Both the position numbers and the translations under genes were made by a program. The notes under the pieces are model-generated. The model did no database searches and had not been told where the DNA came from. It saw only the letters and a list, made by a program, of their open reading frames with translations. Below, piece after piece: positions 47,965-61,800 of a DNA stretch of 64,000 nucleotides. Position 1 is the first letter of the stretch. The number at the start of each line of letters is the position of its first letter. The DNA is from Yuukianura sp. NJ FZ-2021 (taxonomy: Eukaryota): the NCBI GenBank assembly GCA_046563655.1, contig CM102287.1, positions 558,001 through 622,000 of the forward strand, written 5' to 3'.

Positions 47965-49426
47965 TGTTCATAATTTAAGTCAAAATAATGAACTTAGTTT
48001 TAGTATTAGTCTTAGTTTTAGTTTTAGTCTAACTCTTTTCCATTTACAATTGTATCATCGCAAGGCAGCGTCAACAACATGCGACTTCTACTCGTCGAGA
48101 TAATCCTTCTTCTCCACATCTCCACGATCAATTGTGCGCTTCCTTCCACAGATGATGAAGCCTTAGATCGTGTTTACTTTTCATCTTTAGCTCAGAAGCA
48201 ACCTATATTCTAACTCTGTGACCCCTACGTTGGATCGTTTACTTTTCGACTTCCAGCAACGACGACATGCTTATTGCCTGAACTTGTTACTCTCACTCGA
48301 ATTTTTTCGACGATTTGGATCTATTACCAATAGTCCTTCTGTGAGCGCTTGGCTTTGTTTCACGTTGTAGTCAGTTTACCATCCCACTGTCATTCTCATT
48401 GTCACCTGCGCTGTTCGTCCATCGGAATAATTATTTGGCGTGTCTACAATGGAAGAGACCGAGCAGCTTGATTAGTCAACGGTCCATACAATTGACACTA
48501 CTGTGAAATGCAGCACGCCGCTCTGTTCACATCTTCGCAGACCCGACACATAACGATGGCATACCACCAACTTTCTGAACCTAAACTTTCAAATTCGTCT
48601 CACATACAAAGGCCCTGGACCAGTTTCCCAAACCACAATCCTTCCACATACCCCTCGTCATATCAAGAGGAAGGAACCTTCCTCCAGAATTTAACTGCGC
48701 AAAGTAGCAACGGGTATATCAAGAACTAGAACTCACTACGGTTGCTCAGTCGTGATTTTCGGATCCATCCAACGACCAATTTCTTCATTCAATTTCTTTT
48801 AAGAACACAACGGCCTGCTCTATCCTTGTTCTAACCATCTACAATCAACCGCTCAACAAATATACAAAAAACAAAATCCACAAAACATACTTAAAATGGG
48901 TTTGGACACTTGTGTGATAACCGAGAAATCCATCAAACGTAAAGAAACAGTTTTCGAAAAGTAAACACACACATATAGCTCTAACTTAGTGTAGATTTAT
49001 TTCCAATTGAATTATTTCTTTTATGTTTCACAATACTTTGCTTTTCTTCGTTATGTCTTATACAATGTTTTTTCTCTGTTGGGTTTAAGTAATTCATTGT
49101 CAGTACCAACACTTACCTTTCTCTCTTTAATTCGTACATTCTTTCTACAAAATAATATAACATCATTTGACAGTGGTATGCCTGTGCTAACAACTTCTAA
49201 AACTTTTTCTTTCTATGTTCGTAATCTATTAGTAGCAATGTAGTAACATACATATCCTGTAATCCAGCATTGTATTGACATATATATTATTTGAATGTTG
49301 TACGAATCTTAGCCTAGTAGCAATTAGTCAAAAAACACATAAAAATATCAAAATGTTAGCATATTGAGCTATGACTTTTGTAAACAGACTCTGTTCAAAT
49401 TCCTTGACAGGAATTTCGCCGTGACC

Positions 49427-49434
49427 AGGGAATA
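49427..49434 (+). promoter_or_regulatory. Short PPT-like tract
   Basis: AGGGAATA directly before the 3' LTR. Confidence 0.5.
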
Positions 49435-49867
49435 TGTGAGTAACCCCGCCGGGCGGGATTCCTCACTTCGTCTCCAAGCAGAGGTGTGTTACGGCACTCG
49501 GGATGAGGCTAGGATCTCAGTCATATCCCGATGGTCAGTCAGTGAGTGATGAGCGCTTGGTCGAGGAGGAACTATCTTCCAGATGGTTCCTCTTCCGACC
49601 GAGAGTCACGGCGGAGTCCAGTCACTGGAGTAGGGAGATTCTAGAGACAATAAAGGAACGTAGCCACCCTTTGCCTTCGTCTACGACTTTCCTTGAGACA
49701 GCATTCAGCCATATTCCTCAGCCACGATTCTTAGAGCTGGCACCCAGGACCTGCGCCACCTCGGTGGTGTTCGGACCTGGGCACAGAGGTCGATGAACCA
49801 GTGGACCGCCGACCAAGCGGCGACGTGTGTGACCCTTGTCCAGGTTCACCCTGGCTGGGAGGTCACA
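49435..49867 (+). repeat. 3' LTR, 433 bp
   Basis: Direct repeat of 39854-40286. Confidence 0.97.
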
Positions 49868-52800
49868 GTTATCTGATGAAGGTTTCTCATCTTGGAGCCC
49901 TAACATTAGAGGCTTGGCAGGGTTGTGGTTGTTGCTATAACTTCAATGTAACCTTTGCATGTATTGTTGGCCATAATTTTATTAAAGCATTTATTCCAAA
50001 GCAAATTGTGCTGATACTTGCCATCGTTACCAACTGGGAACAAATCCATCAAATATCCCTTTGTCATTTTTGAAAACTGCCTACATTTGATATTAAGTTG
50101 CGTTGAGTTACTTAGCATACCTATTCGTAAGAAGTATTTATAATGTCAAGCAACTAGTTAGTCTCATAGGCAAGATAGAGCTACATGTTTGCAAAGCATC
50201 CAGTAATGGGCCTCTCGATACTGGTGTTTACATTTAGAGCCCCATGGTTTCACTACAGTAAAAAGCTATCCCCCTAAGTTATCTGATGAAGGTTTCTCAT
50301 CTTGGAGCCCTAACATTAGAGGCTTGGCAGGGTTGTGGTTGTTGCTATAACTTCAATGTAACCTTTGCATGTGTTGTTGGCCATAATTTTAGTAAAGCAT
50401 TTATTCCAAAGCAAATTGTGCTGATATTTGCCATCGTTACCAACTGGGAGCAAATCCATCAAATATCCCTTTGTCATTTTTGAAAACTGCCCACTTTTGA
50501 TATTAAGTTGCGTTGAGTTACTTAGCATACTTATTCGTAAGAAGTATTTATAATGTCAAGCAACTAGTTAGTCTCATAGGCAAGATAGAGCTACATATTT
50601 GCAAAGCATCCAGTAATGGGCCTCTCGATACTGGTGTTTACATTTAGAGCCCCATGGTTTCACTACAGTAAAAAGCTATCCCCCTAAGTTATCTGATGAA
50701 GGTTTCTCATTTTGGAGCCCTAACATTAGAGGCTTGGCAGGGTTGTCGGTATTGCTATAACTTCAATGTAACCTTTGCATGTATTGTTGGCCATGATTTT
50801 AGTAAAGCATTTATTCCAAAGCAAATTGTGCTGATATTTGCCATCGTTACCAACTGGGAACAAATCCATCAAATATCCCTTTGTCATTTTTGAAAAGTGC
50901 CTACTTTTGATATTAAGTTGCGTTGAGTTACTTAGCATACCTATTCGTAAGAAGTATTTATAATGTCAAGCAACTAATTAGTCTCATAGGCAAGATAGAG
51001 CTACATATTTGCAAAGCATCCAGTAATATGGCTCTCGATACTGGTGTTTAAATTTAGAGCCCCATGATTTCACTACAGTAAATAGCTATCCCCCTAAGTT
51101 ATCTGATGAAGGTTTCTCATCTTGGAGCCCTAACATTAGAGGCTTGGCAGGGTTGTGGTTGTTGCTATAACTTCAATGTAACCTTTGCATGTATTGTTGG
51201 CCATAATTTTAGTAAAGCATTTATTCCAAAGCAAATTGTGCTGATATTTGCCATCGTTACCAACTGGGAACAAATCCATCAAATATCCCTTTGTCATTTT
51301 TGAAAAGTGCCTACTTTTGATATTAAGTTGCGTTGAGTTACTTAGCATACCTATTCGTAAGAAGTATTTATAATGTCAAGCAACTAATTAGTCTCATAGG
51401 CAAGATAGAGCTACATATTTGCAAAGCATCCAGTAATGGGCCTCTCGATACTGGTGTTTACATTTAGAGCCCCATGGTTTCACTACAGTAAATAGCTATC
51501 CCCCTAAGTTATCTGATGAAGGTTTCTCATTTTGGAGCCCTAACATTAGAGGCTTGGCAGGGTTGTGGTTGTTGATATAACTTCAATGTAACCTTTGCAT
51601 GTATTGTTGGCCATAATTTTAGTAAAGCATTTATTCCAAAGCAAATTGTGCTGATATTTGCCATCGTTACCAACTGGGAACAAATCCATCAAATATCCCT
51701 TTGTCATTTTTGAAAACTGCCCACTTTTGATATTAAGTTGCGTTGAGTTACTTAGCATACTTATTCGTAAGAAGTATTTATAATGTCAAGCAACTAATTA
51801 GTCTCATAGGCAAGATAGAGCTACATATTTGCAAAGCATCCAGTAATGGGCCTCTCGATACTGGTGTTTACATTTAGAGCCCCATGGTTTCACTACAGTA
51901 AATAGCTATCCCCCCTAAGGTATCTGATGAAGGTTTCTCATTTTGGAGCCCTAACATTAGAGGCTTGGCAGGGTTGTGGTTGTTGATATAACTTCAATGT
52001 AACCTTTGCATGTATTGTTGGCCATAATTTTAGTAAAGCATTTATTCCAAAGCAAATTGTGCTGATATTTGCCATCGTTACCAACTGGGAACAAATCCAT
52101 CAAATATCCCTTTGTCATTTTTGAAAAGTGCCTACTTTTGATATTAAGTTGCGTTGAGTTACTTAGCATACCTATTCGTAAGAAGTATTTATAATGTCAA
52201 GCAACTAATTAGTCTCATAGGCAAGATAGAGCTACATATTTGCAAAGCATCCAGTAATGGGCCTCTCGATACTGGTGTTTACATTTAGAGCCCCATGGTT
52301 TCACTACAGTAAATAGCTATCCCCCTAAGTTATCTGATGAAGGTTTCTCATTTTGGAGCCCTAACATTAGAGGCTTGGCAGGGTTGTGGTTGTTGATATA
52401 ACTTCAATGTAACCTTTGCATGTATTGTTGGCCATAATTTTAGTAAAGCATTTATTCCAAAGCAAATTGTGCTGATATTTGCCATCGTTACCAACTGGGA
52501 ACAAATCCATCAAATATCCCTTTGTCATTTTTGAAAACTGCCCACTTTTGATTTTAAGTTGCGTTGAGTTACTTAGCATACTTATTCGTAAGAAGTATTT
52601 ATAGTGTCAAGCAACTAATTAGTCTCATAGGCAAGATAGAGCTACATATTTGCAAAGCATCCAGTAATGGGCCTCTCGATACTGGTGTTTACATTTAGAG
52701 CCCCATGGTTTCACTACAGTAAATAGCTATCCCCCTAAGTTATCTGATGAAGGTTTCTCATTTTGGAGCCCTAACATTAGAGGCTTGGCAGGGTTGTGGT

Positions 52801-55800
52801 TGTTGATATAACTTCAATGTAACCTTTGCATGTATTGTTGGCCATAATTTTAGTAAAGCATTTATTCCAAAGCAAATTGTGCTGATATTTGCCATCGTTA
52901 CCAACTGGGAACAAATCCATCAAATATCCCTTTGTCATTTTTGAAAACTGCCCACTTTTGATTTTAAGTTGCGTTGAGTTACTTAGCATACTTATTCGTA
53001 AGAAGTATTTATAGTGTCAAGCAACTAATTAGTCTCATAGGCAAGATAGAGCTACATATTTGCAAAGCATCCAGTAATGGGCCTCTCGATACTGGTGTTT
53101 ACATTTAGAGCCCCATGGTTTCACTACAGTAAATAGCTATCCCCCCTAAGTTATCTGATGAAGGTTTCTCATTTTGGAGCCCTAACATTAGAGGCTTGGC
53201 AGGGTTGTGGTTGTTGATATAACTTCAATGTAACCTTTGCATGTATTGTTGGCCATAATTTTAGTAAAGCATTTATTCCAAAGCAAATTGTGCTGATATT
53301 TGCCATCGTTACCAACTGGGAACAAATCCATCAAATATCCCTTTGTCATTTTTGAAAAGTGCCTACTTTTGATATTAAGTTGCGTTGAGTTACTTAGCAT
53401 ACCTATTCGTAAGAAGTATTTATAATGTCAAGCAACTAATTAGTCTCATAGGCAAGATAGAGCTACATATTTGCAAAGCATCCAGTAATGGGCCTCTCGA
53501 TACTGGTGTTTACATTTAGAGCCCCATGGTTTCACTACAGTAAATAGCTATCCCCCTAAGTTATCTGATGAAGGTTTCTCATTTTGGAGCCCTAACATTA
53601 GAGGCTTGGCAGGGTTGTGGTTGTTGATATAACTTCAATGTAACCTTTGCATGTATTGTTGGCCATAATTTTAGTAAAGCATTTATTCCAAAGCAAATTG
53701 TGCTGATATTTGCCATCGTTACCAACTGGGAACAAATCCATCAAATATCCCTTTGTCATTTTTGAAAACTGCCCACTTTTGATTTTAAGTTGCGTTGAGT
53801 TACTTAGCATACTTATTCGTAAGAAGTATTTATAGTGTCAAGCAACTAATTAGTCTCATAGGCAAGATAGAGCTACATATTTGCAAAGCATCCAGTAATG
53901 GGCCTCTCGATACTGGTGTTTACATTTAGAGCCCCATGGTTTCACTACAGTAAAAAGCTATCCCCCCTAAGGTATCTGATGAAGGTTTCTCATTTTGGAG
54001 CCCTAACATTAGAGGCTTGGCAGGGTTGTGGTTGTTGATATAACTTCAATGTAACCTTTGCATGTATTGTTGGCCATAATTTTAGTAAAGCATTTATTCC
54101 AAAGCAAATTGTGCTGATATTTGCCATCGTTACCAACTGGGAACAAATCCATCAAATATCCCTTTGTCATTTTTGAAAACTGCCCACTTTTGATTTTAAG
54201 TTGCGTTGAGTTACTTAGCATACTTATTCGTAAGAAGTATTTATAGTGTCAAGCAACTAATTAGTCTCATAGGCAAGATAGAGCTACATATTTGCAAAGC
54301 ATCCAGTAATGGGCCTCTCGATACTGGTGTTTACATTTAGAGCCCCATGGTTTCACTACAGTAAATAGCTATCCCCCCTAAGGTATCTGATGAAGGTTTC
54401 TCATTTTGGAGCCCTAACATTAGAGGCTTGGCAGGGTTGTGGTTGTTGATATAACTTCAATGTAACCTTTGCATGTATTGTTGGCCATAATTTTAGTAAA
54501 GCATTTATTCCAAAGCAAATTGTGCTGATATTTGCCATCGTTACCAACTGGGAACAAATCCATCAAATATCCCTTTGTCATTTTTGAAAAGTGCCTACTT
54601 TTGATATTAAGTTGCGTTGAGTTACTTAGCATACTTATTCGTAAGAAGTATTTATAATGTCAAGCAACTAATTAGTCTCATAGGCAAGATAGAGCTACAT
54701 ATTTGCAAAGCATCCAGTAATGGGCCTCTCGATACTGGTGTTTACATTTAGAGCCCCATGGTTTCACTACAGTAAATAGCTATCCCCCTAAGTTATCTGA
54801 TGAAGGTTTCTCATTTTGGAGCCCTAACATTAGAGGCTTGGCAGGGTTGTGGTTGTTGATATAACTTCAATGTAACCTTTGCATGTATTGTTGGCCATAA
54901 TTTTAGTAAAGCATTTATTCCAAAGCAAATTGTGCTGATATTTGCCATCGTTACCAACTGGGAACAAATCCATCAAATATCCCTTTGTCATTTTTGAAAA
55001 CTGCCCACTTTTGATTTTAAGTTGCGTTGAGTTACTTAGCATACTTATTCGTAAGAAGTATTTATAGTGTCAAGCAACTAATTAGTCTCATAGGCAAGAT
55101 AGAGCTACATATTTGCAAAGCATCCAGTAATGGGCCTCTCGATACTGGTGTTTACATTTAGAGCCCCATGGTTTCACTACAGTAAATAGCTATCCCCCCT
55201 AAGGTATCTGATGAAGGTTTCTCATTTTGGAGCCCTAACATTAGAGGCTTGGCAGGGTTGTGGTTGTTGATATAACTTCAATGTAACCTTTGCATGTATT
55301 GTTGGCCATAATTTTAGTAAAGCATTTATTCCAAAGCAAATTGTGCTGATATTTGCCATCGTTACCAACTGGGAACAAATCCATCAAATATCCCTTTGTC
55401 ATTTTTGAAAAGTGCCTACTTTTGATATTAAGTTGCGTTGAGTTACTTAGCATACCTATTCGTAAGAAGTATTTATAATGTCAAGCAACTAATTAGTCTC
55501 ATAGGCAAGATAGAGCTACATATTTGCAAAGCATCCAGTAATGGGCCTCTCGATACTGGTGTTTACATTTAGAGCCCCATGGTTTCACTACAGTAAATAG
55601 CTATCCCCCGTAAGTTATCTGATGAAGGTTTCTCATTTTGGAGCCCTAACATTAGAGGCTTGGCAGGGTTGTGGTTGTTGATATAACTTCAATGTAACCT
55701 TTGCATGTATTGTTGGCCATAATTTTAGTAAAGCATTTATTCCAAAGCAAATTGTGCTGATATTTGCCATCGTTACCAACTGGGAACAAATCCATCAAAT

Positions 55801-58800
55801 ATCCCTTTGTCATTTTTGAAAACTGCCCACTTTTGATTTTAAGTTGCGTTGAGTTACTTAGCATACTTATTCGTAAGAAGTATTTATAGTGTCAAGCAAC
55901 TAATTAGTCTCATAGGCAAGATAGAGCTACATATTTGCAAAGCATCCAGTAATGGGCCTCTCGATACTGGTGTTTACATTTAGAGCCCCATGGTTTCACT
56001 ACAGTAAATAGCTATCCCCCCTAAGGTATCTGATGAAGGTTTCTCATTTTGGAGCCCTAACATTAGAGGCTTGGCAGGGTTGTGGTTGTTGATATAACTT
56101 CAATGTAACCTTTGCATGTATTGTTGGCCATAATTTTAGTAAAGCATTTATTCCAAAGCAAATTGTGCTGATATTTGCCATCGTTACCAACTGGGAACAA
56201 ATCCATCAAATATCCCTTTGTCATTTTTGAAAACTGCCCACTTTTGATTTTAAGTTGCGTTGAGTTACTTAGCATACTTATTCGTAAGAAGTATTTATAG
56301 TGTCAAGCAACTAATTAGTCTCATAGGCAAGATAGAGCTACATATTTGCAAAGCATCCAGTAATGGGCCTCTCGATACTGGTGTTTACATTTAGAGCCCC
56401 ATGGTTTCACTACAGTAAATAGCTATCCCCATTAAGTTATCTGATGAAGGTTTCTCATTTTGGAGCCCTAACATTAGAGGCTTGGCAGGGTTGTGGTTGT
56501 TGATATAACTTCAATGTAACCTTTGCATGTATTGTTGGCCATAATTTTAGTAAAGCATTTATTCCAAAGCAAATTGTGCTGATATTTGCCATCGTTACCA
56601 ACTGGGAACAAATCCATCAAATATCCCTTTGTCATTTTTGAAAACTGCCCACTTTTGATTTTAAGTTGCGTTGAGTTACTTAGCATACTTATTCGTAAGA
56701 AGTATTTATAGTGTCAAGCAACTAATTAGTCTCATAGGCAAGATAGAGCTACATATTTGCAAAGCATCCAGTAATGGGCCTCTCGATACTGGTGTTTACA
56801 TTTAGAGCCCCATGGTTTCACTACAGTAAAAAGCTATCCCCCCTAAGGTATCTGATGAAGGTTTCTCATTTTGGAGCCCTAACATTAGAGGCTTGGCAGG
56901 GTTGTGGTTGTTGATATAACTTCAATGTAACCTTTGCATGTATTGTTGGCCATAATTTTAGTAAAGCATTTATTCCAAAGCAAATTGTGCTGATATTTGC
57001 CATCGTTACCAACTGGGAACAAATCCATCAAATATCCCTTTGTCATTTTTGAAAAGTGCCTACTTTTGATATTAAGTTGCGTTGAGTTACTTAGCATACC
57101 TATTCGTAAGAAGTATTTATAATGTCAAGCAACTAATTAGTCTCATAGGCAAGATAGAGCTACATATTTGCAAAGCATCCAGTAATGGGCCTCTCGATAC
57201 TGGTGTTTACATTTAGAGCCCCATGGTTTCACTACAGTAAATAGCTATCCCCCCTAAGTTATCTGATGAAGGTTTCTCATTTTGGAGCCCTAACATTAGA
57301 GGCTTGGCAGGGTTGTGGTTGTTGATATAACTTCAATGTAACCTTTGCATGTATTGTTGGCCATAATTTTAGTAAAGCATTTATTCCAAAGCAAATTGTG
57401 CTGATATTTGCCATCGTTACCAACTGGGAACAAATCCATCAAATATCCCTTTGTCATTTTTGAAAACTGCCCACTTTTGATTTTAAGTTGCGTTGAGTTA
57501 CTTAGCATACTTATTCGTAAGAAGTATTTATAGTGTCAAGCAACTAATTAGTCTCATAGGCAAGATAGAGCTACATATTTGCAAAGCATCCAGTAATGGG
57601 CCTCTCGATACTGGTGTTTACATTTAGAGCCCCATGGTTTCACTACAGTAAATAGCTATCCCCCCTAAGGTATCTGATGAAGGTTTCTCATTTTGGAGCC
57701 CTAACATTAGAGGCTTGGCAGGGTTGTGGTTGTTGATATAACTTCAATGTAACCTTTGCATGTATTGTTGGCCATAATTTTAGTAAAGCATTTATTCCAA
57801 AGCAAATTGTGCTGATATTTGCCATCGTTACCAACTGGGAACAAATCCATCAAATATCCCTTTGTCATTTTTGAAAAGTGCCTACTTTTGATATTAAGTT
57901 GCGTTGAGTACCTTAGCATACCTATTCGTAAGAAGTATTTATAATGTCAAGCAACTAATTAGTCTCATAGGCAAGATAGAGCTACATATTTGCAAAGCAT
58001 CCAGTAATGGGCCTCTCGATACTGGTGTTTACATTTAGAGCCTCATGGTTTCACTACAGTAAATAGCTATCCCCCCTAAGTTATCTGATGAAGGTTTCTC
58101 ATTTTGGAGCCCTAACATTAGAGGCTTGGCAGGGTTGTGGTTGTTGATATAACTTCAATGTAACCTTTGCATGTATTGTTGGCCATAATTTTAGTAAAGC
58201 ATTTATTCCAAAGCAAATTGTGCTGATATTTGCCATCGTTACCAACTGGGAACAAATCCATCAAATATCCCTTTGTCATTTTTGAAAACTGCCCACTTTT
58301 GATTTTAAGTTGCGTTGAGTTACTTAGCATACTTATTCGTAAGAAGTATTTATAGTGTCAAGCAACTAATTAGTCTCATAGGCAAGATAGAGCTACATAT
58401 TTGCAAAGCATCCAGTAATGGGGCTCTCGATACTGGTGTTTACATTTAGAGCCCCATGATTTCACTACAGTAAATAGCTATCCCCCCTAAGGTATCTGAC
58501 GAAGGTTTCTCATCTTGGAGCCCTAACATTAGAGGCTTGGCAGGGTTGTGGGTGTTGCTATAACTTCAATGTAACCTTTGCATGTATTGTTGGCCATGAT
58601 TTTAGTAAAGCATTGATTCCAAAGCAAATTGTGCTGATATTTGCCATCGTTACCAACTGGGAACAAATCCATCAAATATCCCTTTGTCATTTTTGAAAAG
58701 TGCCTACTTTTGATATTAAGTTGCGTTGAGTTACTTAGCATACGTATTCGTAAGAAGTATTTATAATGTCAAGCAACTAATTAGTCTCATAGGCAAGATA

Positions 58801-61800
58801 GAGCTACATATTTGCAAAGCATCCAGTAATGGGCCTCTCGATACTGGTGTTTACATTTAGAGCCCCATGGTTTCACTACAGTAAATAGCTATCCCCCTAA
58901 GTTATCTGATGAAGGTTTCTCATTTTGGAGCCCTAACATTAGAGGCTTGGCAGGGTTGTGGTTGTTGATATAACTTCAATGTAACCTTTGCATGTATTGT
59001 TGGCCATAATTTTAGTAAAGCATTTATTCCAAAGCAAATTGTGCTGATATTTGCCATCGTTACCAACTGGGAACAAATCCATCAAATATCCCTTTGTCAT
59101 TTTTGAAAACTGCCCACTTTTGATTTTAAGTTGCGTTGAGTTACTTAGCATACTTATTCGTAAGAAGTATTTATAGTGTCAAGCAACTAATTAGTCTCAT
59201 AGGCAAGATAGAGCTACATATTTGCAAAGCATCCAGTAATGGGCCTCTCGATACTGGTGTTTACATTTAGAGCCCCATGGTTTCACTACAGTAAAAAGCT
59301 ATCCCCCCTAAGGTATCTGATGAAGGTTTCTCATTTTGGAGCCCTAACATTAGAGGCTTGGCAGGGTTGTGGTTGTTGATATAACTTCAATGTAACCTTT
59401 GCATGTATTGTTGGCCATAATTTTAGTAAAGCATTTATTTCAAAGCAAATTGTGCTGATATTTGCCATTGTTACCAACTGGGAACAAATCCATCAAATAT
59501 CCCTTTGTCATTTTTGAAAAGTGCCTACTTTTGATATTAAGTTGCGTTGAGTTACTTAGCATACCTATTCGTAAGAAGTATTTATAATGTCAAGCAACTA
59601 ATTAGTCTCATAGGCAAGATAGAGCTACATATTTGCAAAGCATCCAGTAATGGGCCTCTCGATACTGGTGTTTACATTTAGAGCCCCATGGTTTCACTAC
59701 AGTAAATAGCTATCCCCCCTAAGGTATCTGACGAAGGTTTCTCATCTTAGAGCCCTAACATTAGAGGCTTGGCAGGGTTGTGGGTGTTGCTATAACTTCA
59801 ATGTAACCTTTGCATGTATTGTTGGCCATGATTTTAGTAAAGCATTGATTCCAAAGCAAATTGTGCTGATATTTGCCATCGTTACCAACTGGGAACAAAT
59901 CCATCAAATATCCCTTTGTCATTTTTGAAAAGTGCCTACTTTTGATATTAAGTTGCGTTGAGTTACTTAGCATACGTATTCGTAAGAAGTATTTATAATG
60001 TCAAGCAACTAATTAGTCTCATAGGCAAGATAGAGCTACATATTTGCAAAGCATCCAGTAATGGGCCTCTCGATACTGGTGTTTACATTTAGAGCCCCAT
60101 GGTTTCACTACAGTAAATAGCTATCCCCCTAAGTTATCTGATGAAGGTTTCTCATTTTGGAGCCCTAACATTAGAGGCTTGGCAGGGTTGTGGTTGTTGA
60201 TATAACTTCAATGTAACCTTTGCATGTATTGTTGGCCATAATTTTAGTAAAGCATTTATTCCAAAGCAAATTGTGCTGATATTTGCCATCGTTACCAACT
60301 GGGAACAAATCCATCAAATATCCCTTTGTCATTTTTGAAAACTGCCCACTTTTGATTTTAAGTTGCGTTGAGTTACTTAGCATACTTATTCGTAAGAAGT
60401 ATTTATAGTGTCAAGCAACTAATTAGTCTCATAGGCAAGATAGAGCTACATATTTGCAAAGCATCCAGTAATGGGCCTCTCGATACTGGTGTTTACATTT
60501 AGAGCCCCATGGTTTCACTACAGTAAAAAGCTATCCCCCCTAAGGTATCTGATGAAGGTTTCTCATTTTGGAGCCCTAACATTAGAGGCTTGGCAGGGTT
60601 GTGGTTGTTGATATAACTTCAATGTAACCTTTGCATGTATTGTTGGCCATAATTTTAGTAAAGCATTTATTTCCAAAGCAAATTGTGCTGATATTTGCCA
60701 TTGTTACCAACTGGGAACAAATCCATCAAATATCCCTTTGTCATTTTTGAAAAGTGCCTACTTTTGATATTAAGTTGCGTTGAGTTACTTAGCATACCTA
60801 TTCGTAAGAAGTATTTATAATGTCAAGCAACTAATTAGTCTCATAGGCAAGATAGAGCTACATATTTGCAAAGCATCCAGTAATGGGCCTCTCGATACTG
60901 GTGTTTACATTTAGAGCCCCATGGTTTCACTACAGTAAAAAGCTATCCCCCCTAAGGTATCTGATGAAGGTTTCTCATTTTGGAGCCCTAACATTAGAGG
61001 CTTGGCAGGGTTGTGGTTGTTGATATAACTTCAATGTAACCTTTGCATGTATTGTTGGCCATAATTTTAGTAAAGCATTTATTTCAAAGCAAATTGTGCT
61101 GATATTTGCCATTGTTACCAACTGGGAACAAATCCATCAAATATCCCTTTGTCATTTTTGAAAAGTGCCTACTTTTGATATTAAGTTGCGTTGAGTTACT
61201 TAGCATACCTATTCGTAAGAAGTATTTATAATGTCAAGCAACTAATTAGTCTCATAGGCAAGATAGAGCTACATATTTGCAAAGCATCCAGTAATGGGGC
61301 TCTCGATACTGGTGTTTACATTTAGAGCCCCATGATTTCACTACAGTAAATAGCTATACCCCCTAAGTTCTATGATGAAGGTTTCTCATCTTGGAGCCAT
61401 AACATTAGATGCTAGGTGGGGTTGTGGGTATTGCTATAACTTCAATGTAACCTTTGCATGTATTGTTGGCCATGATTTTAGTAAAGCATTTATTCCAAAG
61501 CAAATTGTGCTGATATTTTCCATCGTTACCAACTGGGAACAAATCCATCAAATATCCCTTTGTCATTTTTGAAAACTGCCTACTTTTGATATTAAGTTGC
61601 GTTGAGTTACTTAGCATACCTATTTGTAAGATGTATTTATAATGTCAAGCAACTAGTTAGTCTCATAGGCAAGATAGAGCTACATATTTGCAAAGCATCC
61701 AGTAATGGGGCTCTCGATACTGGTGTTTACATTTAGAGCCCCATGATTTCACTACAGTAAATAGCTATCCCCCTAAGGTATCTGATGAAGGTTTCTCATC

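Larger units (their letters stand above)
39854..49867 (+). mobile_element. 10,014-bp non-autonomous LTR element (LARD-like; PBS and PPT resemble BEL/Pao)
   Basis: Two 433-bp LTRs reading TGTGA...TCACA, a PBS after the first, a short purine tract before the second, and no intact RT or integrase ORF inside. Confidence 0.9.
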
